A program made the translations under genes and the position numbers. The notes under the pieces are model-generated. The model saw nothing but the letters and a program-made list of their open reading frames with translations, was not told where the DNA came from and ran no database searches. This document shows positions 56,139 through 64,000 of a DNA stretch of 64,000 nucleotides, in pieces. Within the stretch, counting starts at the first letter, position 1; every line of letters begins with the position of its first letter. This DNA comes from Acidimicrobiaceae bacterium (GTDB taxonomy: Bacteria; Actinomycetota; Acidimicrobiia; Acidimicrobiales; MedAcidi-G1). The stretch covers positions 50,566-114,565 of the forward strand of contig NZBE01000019.1 in NCBI GenBank assembly GCA_002687745.1, in the 5' to 3' direction.

Positions 56139-58235
56139 TTGGAAGCCATCCCCTATCTGGCCGCAGCCTCGTCCGCAATGGGCCTCATCCTGGCCGCCTA
56201 CTTCTACAGCTCGGTGCGGGCAGCCGACCCCGGGAACGAGCGGATGGTCTTCCTCATGACCGAGATCCAAAAGGGTGCCCGGGCCTTCCTGAAGAAGGAA
56301 TACACGTGGGTTTCCGGCTTCGTTGCCGCCATGGCCGTCCTGATCGCCGTCCTGATCGCCCCTACGGCGGCCCTGACCTATGTTCTGGGAGCCCTCCTCT
56401 CGGCGACCGCCGGATACGTCGGCATGACCGTTGCCACAATGGCGAACGCCAGGACAACCCAGGCCGCCAAGGAGGGACCCGGCAAGGCCCTTCCAGTCGC
56501 CTTCCGCGGAGGCGCGGTGATGGGATTCTCAGTGGCAGGCCTTGCCCTCGGCGGACTCATGCTCGTCTACATTCTCTTCGTCCTGGTCATCGGTGTGGAT
56601 GACGCATTCGAGGTGGTCACGGCCTACGGCCTGGGTGCCTCGTCCATTGCCCTCTTCTCCCGTGTGGGTGGTGGCATCTACACAAAGGCCGCTGACGTGG
56701 GTGCCGACCTGGTCGGAAAGGTCGAGGCCGGCATCCCCGAGGACGACCCCCGCAATCCGGCAACCATCGCTGACAACGTGGGCGACAACGTCGGCGACGT
56801 TGCAGGCATGGGCGCTGACCTCTTCGAGAGCTACGCGGGTTCGATCCTTGCCCCGATCTCCCTTGTGGCCTTCGCCCTCGGGCTCGGCGCAGAACATGCA
56901 TCTGCGCCTACCAACATCTCGCTCCTGTCGTTTCCCATTGCCATCGCCCTCGTCGGCATGCTTGCCTCGATCTTCGGGTCATTCCTCGTCAAGGGCGGCG
57001 ATTCGACCGACACCAAGGCGCTCAGCAAGGCCCTCCACATGGGCACCAACTCGGCCATGGCGATCACCGCCGTGGCAACCGTCGGGATCGCATACTGGCT
57101 GTTCGGTTCAGACTCGGCGTTCAACAATCCCCTTGGCCTCGCCGTAGCGGTCATCGGCGGCCTTGTTGTCGGCTGGGCTCTCGGAAAGACCGCCGAGTTC
57201 TACACCTCTGATCATTTTGCTCCCGTGAAGAAGATCGCAGGTCAGACTGAGACAGGTCCGGCAACCACCATTCTCGGCGGCATCTCGGCAGGCATGGTCT
57301 CGGTGGCCGCCTCGGTGGCCCTCCTGGCGGTTGGCGTGCTCCTCGCCTACTGGGGTGGCGAGTTGGCTTTTGACTCGATCGGGAACCTGGACGGCGGTAT
57401 CTACGGCATTGCGGTGGCTGCCATCGGAATGCTGGCGACACTCGGTGTGGTCGTCTCGGTCGATGCCTACGGTCCGATCGCCGACAACGCCGGCGGCATC
57501 GCAGAGATGGCTGAGTTGGATCCGAGCGTCCGCGAGGTGACCGATGCGCTGGATTCCCTGGGCAACACCACCGCAGCCGTGGCAAAGGGATTCGCTGTCG
57601 GCTCGGCCGCCCTCACGGCCCTGGCCCTGTTCAAGAGCTTCGAGTTTGCTGTGGTGCAGGCGGGCGGGACCCTCTCGTTGAACATCGGCGAGGTGGCGGT
57701 GTTTGTCGGACTCTTCCTCGGAGCGATGCTTCCGTTCCTGTTTGCAGCCCTCACCATTGACGCCGTGGGCCGTGCTGCGCAGGAGATGATCGAGGAGGTT
57801 CGGCGCCAGTTCAGGGAGATTCCGGGCCTTCGCGAGGGTGAGCCGGGTGTGAACCCCGACTCGGCCCGCTGTGTCGAGATCTCCACAGCGGCCTCCCTGA
57901 AGGAGATGCTCATCCCCGGCGCACTCGCCGTGGTCGTTCCGCTGGTCATCGGCTTCGTGAACATCGATGCCCTCGGTGGTTTCCTCGCCGGAGCACTAGT
58001 CTCCGGTTTCTGCCTTGCGATCTTCATGGCGAACGCCGGTGGTGCATGGGACAACGCCAAGAAGTACATCGAGGCCGGTGCGTTCGGAGGTAAGGGATCC
58101 GACAACCACAGGGCTGCAGTGGTCGGCGACACCGTCGGCGATCCCTTCAAGGACACCTCCGGTCCGGCGATGAACATCCTCATCAAGGTCATGGCGATCG
58201 TGTCGCTGGTCTTCGCCTCGGCCTTTGTGGGCTAG
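56139..58235 (+). CDS. hppA: Membrane-bound cation-translocating pyrophosphatase
   Basis: GGIYTKAADVGADLVGKVE, DDPRNPATIADNVGDNVGD and AGGAWDNAKKYIE motifs. TTG start with an AGGAGA RBS. Confidence 0.95.
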   Translation: MEAIPYLAAASSAMGLILAAYFYSSVRAADPGNERMVFLMTEIQKGARAFLKKEYTWVSGFVAAMAVLIAVLIAPTAALTYVLGALLSATAGYVGMTVATMANARTTQAAKEGPGKALPVAFRGGAVMGFSVAGLALGGLMLVYILFVLVIGVDDAFEVVTAYGLGASSIALFSRVGGGIYTKAADVGADLVGKVEAGIPEDDPRNPATIADNVGDNVGDVAGMGADLFESYAGSILAPISLVAFALGLGAEHASAPTNISLLSFPIAIALVGMLASIFGSFLVKGGDSTDTKALSKALHMGTNSAMAITAVATVGIAYWLFGSDSAFNNPLGLAVAVIGGLVVGWALGKTAEFYTSDHFAPVKKIAGQTETGPATTILGGISAGMVSVAASVALLAVGVLLAYWGGELAFDSIGNLDGGIYGIAVAAIGMLATLGVVVSVDAYGPIADNAGGIAEMAELDPSVREVTDALDSLGNTTAAVAKGFAVGSAALTALALFKSFEFAVVQAGGTLSLNIGEVAVFVGLFLGAMLPFLFAALTIDAVGRAAQEMIEEVRRQFREIPGLREGEPGVNPDSARCVEISTAASLKEMLIPGALAVVVPLVIGFVNIDALGGFLAGALVSGFCLAIFMANAGGAWDNAKKYIEAGAFGGKGSDNHRAAVVGDTVGDPFKDTSGPAMNILIKVMAIVSLVFASAFVG

Positions 58236-58244
58236 CCAGGGCCT

Positions 58245-59084
58245 GTGGAACGCCCAGCTGCGCGCAGCTACCGGGGACCGGTGAGGGGTGTTGTACTGGA
58301 CTGGAGCGGAACGACGGTAGACGCGTATGTGATCGCACCGGCGGTTGTGTTCGTCGAGGTGTTCCGCAGGCAGGGTGTTGAGATTTCGATGGAGGAGGCT
58401 CGTGGCCCCATGGGGCTGCGTAAGGATCTCCACATAGCGGCTCTCGCCGAACTGCCCGCTGTTCGGGGGCGGTGGTTCGCCGTCCATGGCCGAAACCCGG
58501 ACAGTTCCGATGTCGCTGCCATGTTCGAGGACTTCGTGCCGAGGCAGGTCGAGTGTCTTCCACAGTATGCGGAGCTGCTGCCGGGGGTGGTTGAGATGGC
58601 CGATCGCCTCCGAGGCGACCACGGCATCCGGATCGGTGTGTCGACCGGGTTTACGAGACCGATGGTCGATGTCCTCCTTGAGCATGCATCTGAGCAGGGC
58701 TTCAGGCCTGACTGTGCCGTCGCCGGCGATGATGTCGAACATGGCGCCCGACCCAGACCATTCATGGTCTACAGGAACATGGACCTGCTCGACGTGCATC
58801 CGGTCCAGGCAGTGGTGAAGGTCGACGACACCGGATCCGGTGTGGGCGAGGGTGTAGAGGCGGGCTGTTGGACTGTCGGGATCGCCCGCTACAGCAACTA
58901 CCTCAACATCAACTCAATGCAGGAGGCTGCCGAGATGCCTGCACCCGAGTTTGAACAGAGGCTTGCGTTCGCCCGCGAACAACTGTGGAAGGCCGGTGCC
59001 CACTACGTGATCGACGAGCCGACGGAGCTGCTGCCCGTCGTCAACGGGATCAACACCCGGCTTGCTGCCGGCGACACTCCCTGA
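58245..59084 (+). CDS. phnX: Phosphonoacetaldehyde hydrolase (phosphonatase), HAD family
   Basis: VVLDWSGTTVD (nucleophile motif) and EEARGPMGLRKDLHI (Schiff-base Lys context), matching PhnX as I recall it. The start may be GTG 58281. Confidence 0.78.
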   Translation: MERPAARSYRGPVRGVVLDWSGTTVDAYVIAPAVVFVEVFRRQGVEISMEEARGPMGLRKDLHIAALAELPAVRGRWFAVHGRNPDSSDVAAMFEDFVPRQVECLPQYAELLPGVVEMADRLRGDHGIRIGVSTGFTRPMVDVLLEHASEQGFRPDCAVAGDDVEHGARPRPFMVYRNMDLLDVHPVQAVVKVDDTGSGVGEGVEAGCWTVGIARYSNYLNINSMQEAAEMPAPEFEQRLAFAREQLWKAGAHYVIDEPTELLPVVNGINTRLAAGDTP

Positions 59085-59086
59085 GG

Positions 59087-59866
59087 TCAGGTCTCGGGTG
59101 TCACATAGGCGGCGCTGAGGCCGCCGTCGACCATCAGATCAGTCCCGGTCACGTAGGAGGCCTCGTCCGAGGCCAGCCAGAGCGCTGCCCGGGCCATCTC
59201 CTCGGCCTCTCCGAAGCGGCCCATCGGCACGTGCACGAGGCGTCGTTCCTTCTTCTCATCCGTGTCAAGGAAGTTCATGAGGAGCTCGGTGCGTAGAGGA
59301 CCGGGACACAGGGAGTTGATCCGGATGTTCTGACGGGCATGGACGACTGCCAACTCGCGGGTAAGGGCCAGAACTGCTCCCTTGGACGCCGTGTACGCGA
59401 TCTGTGGTGTGGCTGCACCCATTACGGCCACGAAGGAGGCCGTGTTGATGATCGACCCTCCGCCCGACTCGAGCATTGCCGGGATCTCATACTTGCAGCC
59501 GAGGAAGACGCCCTTTGCATTTACCCCCATGGTCAGGTCCCAGATGTCCTCTTCGGTGTCCACGGCATCGCTGTCTGCCGGGTGCATGATGCCGGCGTTG
59601 TTGAAGGCGACGTGCAGGGCGCCGAACTCGTCAAGCGTCGCATCTACAACGCCCGACATGTCGGCTGCAAGCGAGACGTCGGCCTTGAGCGCGACGGCGC
59701 TGCCACCGGCCCTCGTGATGTCGGCCGCGGTGGTGGCGTTGTCGTCACCTGAGAGGTCGACACATACGACGCTGGCACCGTTGGCAGCAAACAGGAGTGC
59801 AGATGCGCGCCCAATCCCCGACGCCGCCCCTGTAACCAGGGCGGTCTTTCCGGCAAGTCCTGTCAT
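59087..59866 (-). CDS. SDR-family oxidoreductase
   Basis: TGAASGIGRA cofactor motif, NNAG, and the catalytic YTASKGAV. Confidence 0.9.
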   Translation of the reverse strand: MTGLAGKTALVTGAASGIGRASALLFAANGASVVCVDLSGDDNATTAADITRAGGSAVALKADVSLAADMSGVVDATLDEFGALHVAFNNAGIMHPADSDAVDTEEDIWDLTMGVNAKGVFLGCKYEIPAMLESGGGSIINTASFVAVMGAATPQIAYTASKGAVLALTRELAVVHARQNIRINSLCPGPLRTELLMNFLDTDEKKERRLVHVPMGRFGEAEEMARAALWLASDEASYVTGTDLMVDGGLSAAYVTPET

Positions 59867-59900
59867 GCGCTCCTCCTGTTCCGGATCAACGCGGCCATGC

Positions 59901-61064
59901 TCATCCCGGAAGGACGATCATGGGATCCTTCGGCTCTCCTCCGGTCCTTACCTCGAAGTGCAGGTGTGGGCCGGTGGACCAGCCTGTAGAGCCGCACCGG
60001 CCGATGACGTCCCCGGTCTTCAGCGTGTGTCCCTTTGAGACCAGAAGCTCCTCCTGGTGCGCATAGATGGTGACAACCGGACCCTCGTGCTCGATGAGAA
60101 CGACGTTTCCGTAGCCGTTCTTCCAGCCTGCGAAGATCACCTCGCCGGCCTTGGCCGCCCAGACCGGTTGATTCATGACACAGCTGATGTCGACGCCGTT
60201 GTGCTGGCGGCTCGTGCCGAAGATGGGATGAACCCGCAGGCCGAATCCTGAGCCGATCTTGCCCTCCATCGGCATGATGAAGCCTGCCCCGGACTCCTTT
60301 GTCAGGTCGGGAGCGGACCGTCGCAGTTCCTCGGCGATCAGGTTGTCGATGAGAACGGCCATCTGGTACTGCTCGCGCTCGAACTGCTTCACGGCCGCCT
60401 CATGCTCCCCGATTCGGGCCTCCAGCTCCTCTTTCACCTCTACCTGAGAGTTGATACGCCGGTCCAGCACGAGCATTGAGGACTCCAGTTCCCTCTGCTG
60501 CAGGTCGGCGTCGAGGATTGCGGCATCAGCCGCCCTGGCGATGTCCTCCATCTCGGATTCAAGGGCGTGCAGCCGGTCGAGGATGTCGGAGCGGTTACCT
60601 GTTACGACATCGAGGATCGCCGACTTGCGAATGCCTGCTGAGAGGTCGTCGGATTCGAGCAGGAGTCCGGGGCGCAGGCCCGAGATGTAGACGTCTACCG
60701 CCAGTTCCTCGACGCGGGAACGAGCCTCGCGGATCTCCACTCCTACCTGCTCCACCTCCACCCACCGGAGGGTCGCCTCGGCTTCGGCTGCCTCAATCGC
60801 CTGACGTGATGCAGCGATCTTCGCCCGCTGAAGAGCTACAGCGTCATCGAGGGCCCCGAGCGCCCCGGAGACCTCGGCATCCTCGGCCTCGACGAGTTCG
60901 AGTGCCTCGGCAGCGTCCGCAGCGAGGTCCTTGGCAGCCTCCCTGCGGTCCCTGGCATCGCGGATGGACTCGGTTTCGCCGGAAGCACCGGTAGGCATCA
61001 GTACGCCGAGAGCCACAAGGAGGGCTGTCAGGATACGGGTTCGGCTTCCTCGGGTCGTTGGCAT
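59901..61064 (-). CDS. M23-family murein endopeptidase with N-terminal coiled coil
   Basis: Signal peptide, long coiled-coil region, and the LytM domain motifs HNGVDI and GSTGWSTGPHLHFEV. Confidence 0.88.
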   Translation of the reverse strand: MPTTRGSRTRILTALLVALGVLMPTGASGETESIRDARDRREAAKDLAADAAEALELVEAEDAEVSGALGALDDAVALQRAKIAASRQAIEAAEAEATLRWVEVEQVGVEIREARSRVEELAVDVYISGLRPGLLLESDDLSAGIRKSAILDVVTGNRSDILDRLHALESEMEDIARAADAAILDADLQQRELESSMLVLDRRINSQVEVKEELEARIGEHEAAVKQFEREQYQMAVLIDNLIAEELRRSAPDLTKESGAGFIMPMEGKIGSGFGLRVHPIFGTSRQHNGVDISCVMNQPVWAAKAGEVIFAGWKNGYGNVVLIEHEGPVVTIYAHQEELLVSKGHTLKTGDVIGRCGSTGWSTGPHLHFEVRTGGEPKDPMIVLPG

Positions 61065-61174
61065 TGGTGGGGGTGGTTGGCGTGCGCGGTCTGGCTGCAG
61101 GGTACTGTGCGCTCGGATTCCTCCTCGTGCACGCCAGCCCTGGGCAGTGGACCGGGAGACCCGGGCCCTGGCGT

Positions 61175-63445
61175 CTATTCCCGTGCCAGTTCTGTCCGCA
61201 TGGCGAGCACTGCTTCCTCGGTAACCTCGTCGGCTCCACGTTCCGGGAGGTGGATTGTCACCTCGTGGAGGGTGCCGGTGAACGGGAAGGGCCCCTGGTA
61301 CTCCTCGGACACGCTCGAAAGGGCGTCGCGGCCGATGTCGAGGCCCGTCGAACCGAGCACCCTGACAACGAACGGGACTGACATCGATCCAGAAGGCTCG
61401 GTGTCCACGAACAGGGTCGCCGAACCGGTGTCGCCCTCGCGGTGGAAGTGCACGCCCACGGAGGTTTCCCCTACGGGAAGTGGGTGCCGGGTGCGGACAA
61501 CGTGGTGATCCGTGAAGATGTTGTAGTCAAAGACCAGGCGGTCGTCCCTGATGAACAGTGACAGGCCCAGGTTTCCGGTTCCGACAGCCATCAGGACTCC
61601 CTCGCCGCCGGGAGGACGCTCAATCGAGGCCTCCACGAGGAAGGAGCGGTTGCCGAGGATGGCCGCGGCGCCGGCCGGAATGTGGGAGATGGGTGGAACG
61701 TACCTGTAGGTCCGGCCCTGATGGGGTGTTCCCGGACGCATAGGGATCCGGAACAGTTCCAGAGTTCGGTCATCAAGTGGAAGCACGCCGTTGGCCTCGG
61801 CTTCGGCCCACCAGAGATCGATCAGGGACCTGAGCCGCTCAGGTTCTGATTCGGCCAGGTTGTTCGTTTCGGACACGTCGCTGTCAAGGTGGAACAGTTC
61901 CCAGCACTCCTCTTCGTAGGAGGAGCCCGGCGCGTGGCGCGTTACCGCCTTCCATCCGTCGCTGCAGATCGCCCTGTGGCCGAACATCTCAAAGTACTGC
62001 GGGCCCTTACGCGTCGGTTCGTCCGGACTGTTGAAGGTATAGGCGAGGCTTGTGCCGGTCATCGGTGACTGTGTCCGACCCTGGCGTTCGGGGGGCATGT
62101 CGAGTCCGATCAGGTCGAGGAGCGTGGGCGTCAGGTCGGTTATGTGGTGGAACTGGTTGCGCCGCTCCCCTGCAGCGTCGATACCGGATGGCCAGTGGAC
62201 GATCAGCGGGTCTCGGACCCCGCCCCCGTGGGTGGTCTGCTTGTACCACCGCATCGGAGTGTTCCCGACCTGCGCCCAGCCCCACGGATAGTTGCTGTGT
62301 GAACGGGGAGCACCAATCTCGTCCAGTCGTTCGACAGCGACATCGACGTCTTCCGCGACCACGTTGAAGTGCTTCATCTCGTCGGTGACTCCGGTGGGGC
62401 CGCCTTCCTGACTGGCACCGTTGTCGGACAGGAGCATCACCACGGTGTCATCGAGAAGGTCGAGGCGCGCAAGGTGGTCGACCAGGCGACCTATCTGGGC
62501 GTCGGTGTGGTCGAGCATCGCCGCAAAGGCCTCCTGCAGACGGCAGGCGAAGGCCTGCTGGTTGTGGCTCAGATCGTCCCAGGCCTCGACTCCGGGGTTC
62601 CTCGGGGCGAGGACCGTGTCCTCTGGAACCACTCCGAGTTCAATCTGGTTCTGGAACCACTCCTGGCGTACTACGTCCCAGCCAGCGTCGAAGTGCCCGC
62701 GGTACTTCTCGCGGTAGGCAGTCGGAGCCTGGTGTGGGGCGTGCGTGGCTCCGAATGCCAGGTACATGAAGAACGGTCGATCCGGTCTCACCGACGTGGT
62801 GTCGTTCACAAAGCCGATGGCCCTGTCGACCAGGTCTTCGCTGACGTGGTAGCCGTCTTCCGGCCCGGCGGGTGGATCGATGTGGTGGTTGTCAACGGTC
62901 AGCTCGGGGTGGAACTGGTCGGTTTCGCCCTGCAGGAAGCCGTAGAAGCGGTCGAATCCCCGCTGCAGTGGCCAGTGGTCGAAAGGTCCTGCTGCTGATG
63001 CCTGTGCCATCGGTGCCAGGTGCCACTTGCCGACGCAGGCGGTCGCGTAGCCGTTGTCCTGGAGCACCTCGGCGATGGTCGCCGCATGGTCGGCTATGTA
63101 ACCGCGCATGTGCGGGTATCCGCTGTCGAAGTTGGACACGGCCCGCATTCCGACGGCGTGGTGGTTTCTTCCCGTGAGCAGACAGGCACGGGTCGGGGAA
63201 CAGAGAGCAGTCGTGTGGAAGTTCGTGTACCTGAGGCCTCCTGCAGCGAGGCGGTCAATGTTGGGCGTGTCGATACTTGACCCGTAGCAGCCAAGGTGGG
63301 CGAAGCCGGTGTCGTCCAGCAGGATCACCACGACGTTGGGACTGCCCCGGGGGGCTGTTGCCGGGTCTGGCCACCAGGGTTCGGACTCGGCGTGGGTTCG
63401 CCCGATCACCCCTTTGAACTCTGCGTCCGCTCCTCTCATTCCCAT
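61175..63445 (-). CDS. Arylsulfatase (Cys-type, formylglycine-dependent)
   Basis: ILLDDTGF metal site, the CSPTRACLLTGR formylglycine motif, and LLSDNGASQEG. 756 aa with no obvious signal peptide. Confidence 0.9.
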   Translation of the reverse strand: MGMRGADAEFKGVIGRTHAESEPWWPDPATAPRGSPNVVVILLDDTGFAHLGCYGSSIDTPNIDRLAAGGLRYTNFHTTALCSPTRACLLTGRNHHAVGMRAVSNFDSGYPHMRGYIADHAATIAEVLQDNGYATACVGKWHLAPMAQASAAGPFDHWPLQRGFDRFYGFLQGETDQFHPELTVDNHHIDPPAGPEDGYHVSEDLVDRAIGFVNDTTSVRPDRPFFMYLAFGATHAPHQAPTAYREKYRGHFDAGWDVVRQEWFQNQIELGVVPEDTVLAPRNPGVEAWDDLSHNQQAFACRLQEAFAAMLDHTDAQIGRLVDHLARLDLLDDTVVMLLSDNGASQEGGPTGVTDEMKHFNVVAEDVDVAVERLDEIGAPRSHSNYPWGWAQVGNTPMRWYKQTTHGGGVRDPLIVHWPSGIDAAGERRNQFHHITDLTPTLLDLIGLDMPPERQGRTQSPMTGTSLAYTFNSPDEPTRKGPQYFEMFGHRAICSDGWKAVTRHAPGSSYEEECWELFHLDSDVSETNNLAESEPERLRSLIDLWWAEAEANGVLPLDDRTLELFRIPMRPGTPHQGRTYRYVPPISHIPAGAAAILGNRSFLVEASIERPPGGEGVLMAVGTGNLGLSLFIRDDRLVFDYNIFTDHHVVRTRHPLPVGETSVGVHFHREGDTGSATLFVDTEPSGSMSVPFVVRVLGSTGLDIGRDALSSVSEEYQGPFPFTGTLHEVTIHLPERGADEVTEEAVLAMRTELARE

Positions 63446-63452
63446 GACCCGG

Positions 63453-64000
63453 CTACACCGCCGCTTCGGCCGGTAGCAGAGTGGCGGGCCGGTCCGGAAG
63501 GGTCTCGTCGAGTGCCCCGACCAGGTCGTCTCTCGTGGCCCCCATTGCCGGATCGTCCCACAGGTTCACCCTCTGGAGTGGATCCTCGGTGAGGTCGTAC
63601 AGTTCTCCCTCGGTGCCCTCATGGCATGTACCGGCCTCGTAGCGCGTGCAGAGCATCTGGTCGACGATGATGCTCTGCAGGTGAACCTCGGTTCCGTTCG
63701 GGTGGAGGCTGTCCCATTCGGTGGTCACTCCTGCGCGCACGCTGTTGGCCACGCCATCTCCTGAGAGCGGCAACGGCACTCCGTCCATCCATGAGGGCAC
63801 ATCGACGCCGGCGATCTGGCAGAAGGTGGGCGCCAGATCGATCAGGCCCACGGGCTCGCTCACGACCGCCGGTTGGCCTGTGCTCGTGGGGGCTGGGCGC
63901 CAGACAAGGGGTAGGCGCATCAGCGAGTCCACGTGGTAGGGACCCTTGAACAACAGTCCGAAGTCACCCTGGAACTCGCCATGGTCAGTGGTGTAGATCA
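63453..64000 (-). CDS. Second sulfatase-family protein, C-terminal part (5' end outside window)
   Basis: The frame stays open to the window edge and reads IYTTDHGEFQGDFGLLFKGPYH, the sulfatase DHG motif. Confidence 0.7.
   Translation of the reverse strand, partial: IYTTDHGEFQGDFGLLFKGPYHVDSLMRLPLVWRPAPTSTGQPAVVSEPVGLIDLAPTFCQIAGVDVPSWMDGVPLPLSGDGVANSVRAGVTTEWDSLHPNGTEVHLQSIIVDQMLCTRYEAGTCHEGTEGELYDLTEDPLQRVNLWDDPAMGATRDDLVGALDETLPDRPATLLPAEAAV

Noticed and set aside
1-64000. Scan for tRNA, rRNA, CRISPR arrays, IS elements with terminal repeats, and toxin-antitoxin pairs
   Set aside because: Apart from the 240-bp gltB leader, the non-coding gaps I measured are about 140 bp or less. I saw no spaced direct repeats and no cloverleaf-like segments by eye. 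The scan was manual, so small RNAs cannot be excluded.

Overview
High-GC chromosomal segment (my hand counts on typical 60-nt lines are about 63% or higher) with clear actinobacterial character. It is tightly packed with about 58 protein genes. I found no rRNA, tRNA or CRISPR array. The centre is a complete, contiguous Pup-proteasome locus (mpa-dop-pup-prcB-prcA-pafA-pafB-pafC, 19.4-27.8 kb). It is flanked by trmI upstream and tatA-tatC-helY downstream, the same order as the Mycobacterium Rv2118c..Rv2092c region, with a lepB gene inserted between pafC and tatA. The rest is mostly housekeeping: RNase D, a ClC channel, glycolate oxidase glcDEF, fbiC (F420 FO synthase), tkt-tal, PBP4, gltBD, a 5-FTHF-cycloligase-trkA-trkH-trkH operon, membrane pyrophosphatase, phosphonatase, an M23 peptidase and two Cys-type sulfatases. 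Many ORF-track entries are 5'-over-extended or are antisense artefacts of the high GC. I trimmed starts using neighbouring stops, family N-termini and 4-nt start/stop overlaps, so start coordinates are best estimates. I do not see a convincing multi-gene novel system. The strongest lead is a single-gene low-GC islet at 39.2-40.4 kb. It carries an intact tyrosine recombinase preceded by a 28-bp dif-like imperfect palindrome (ATAA-N6-TTAT core) and is joined by an ATGA overlap to the host yqgE/algH gene. Secondary leads are a fused double ThyX-like protein next to DUF4193-like, GNAT and Nudix genes; an Arg-rich disordered protein of unknown function; a probable non-canonical CTG start for rnd; a kinase-domain-less DAGK-like protein; and a long gltBD leader. 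All functional calls rest on motifs I recognised by eye, and none was checked against a database.
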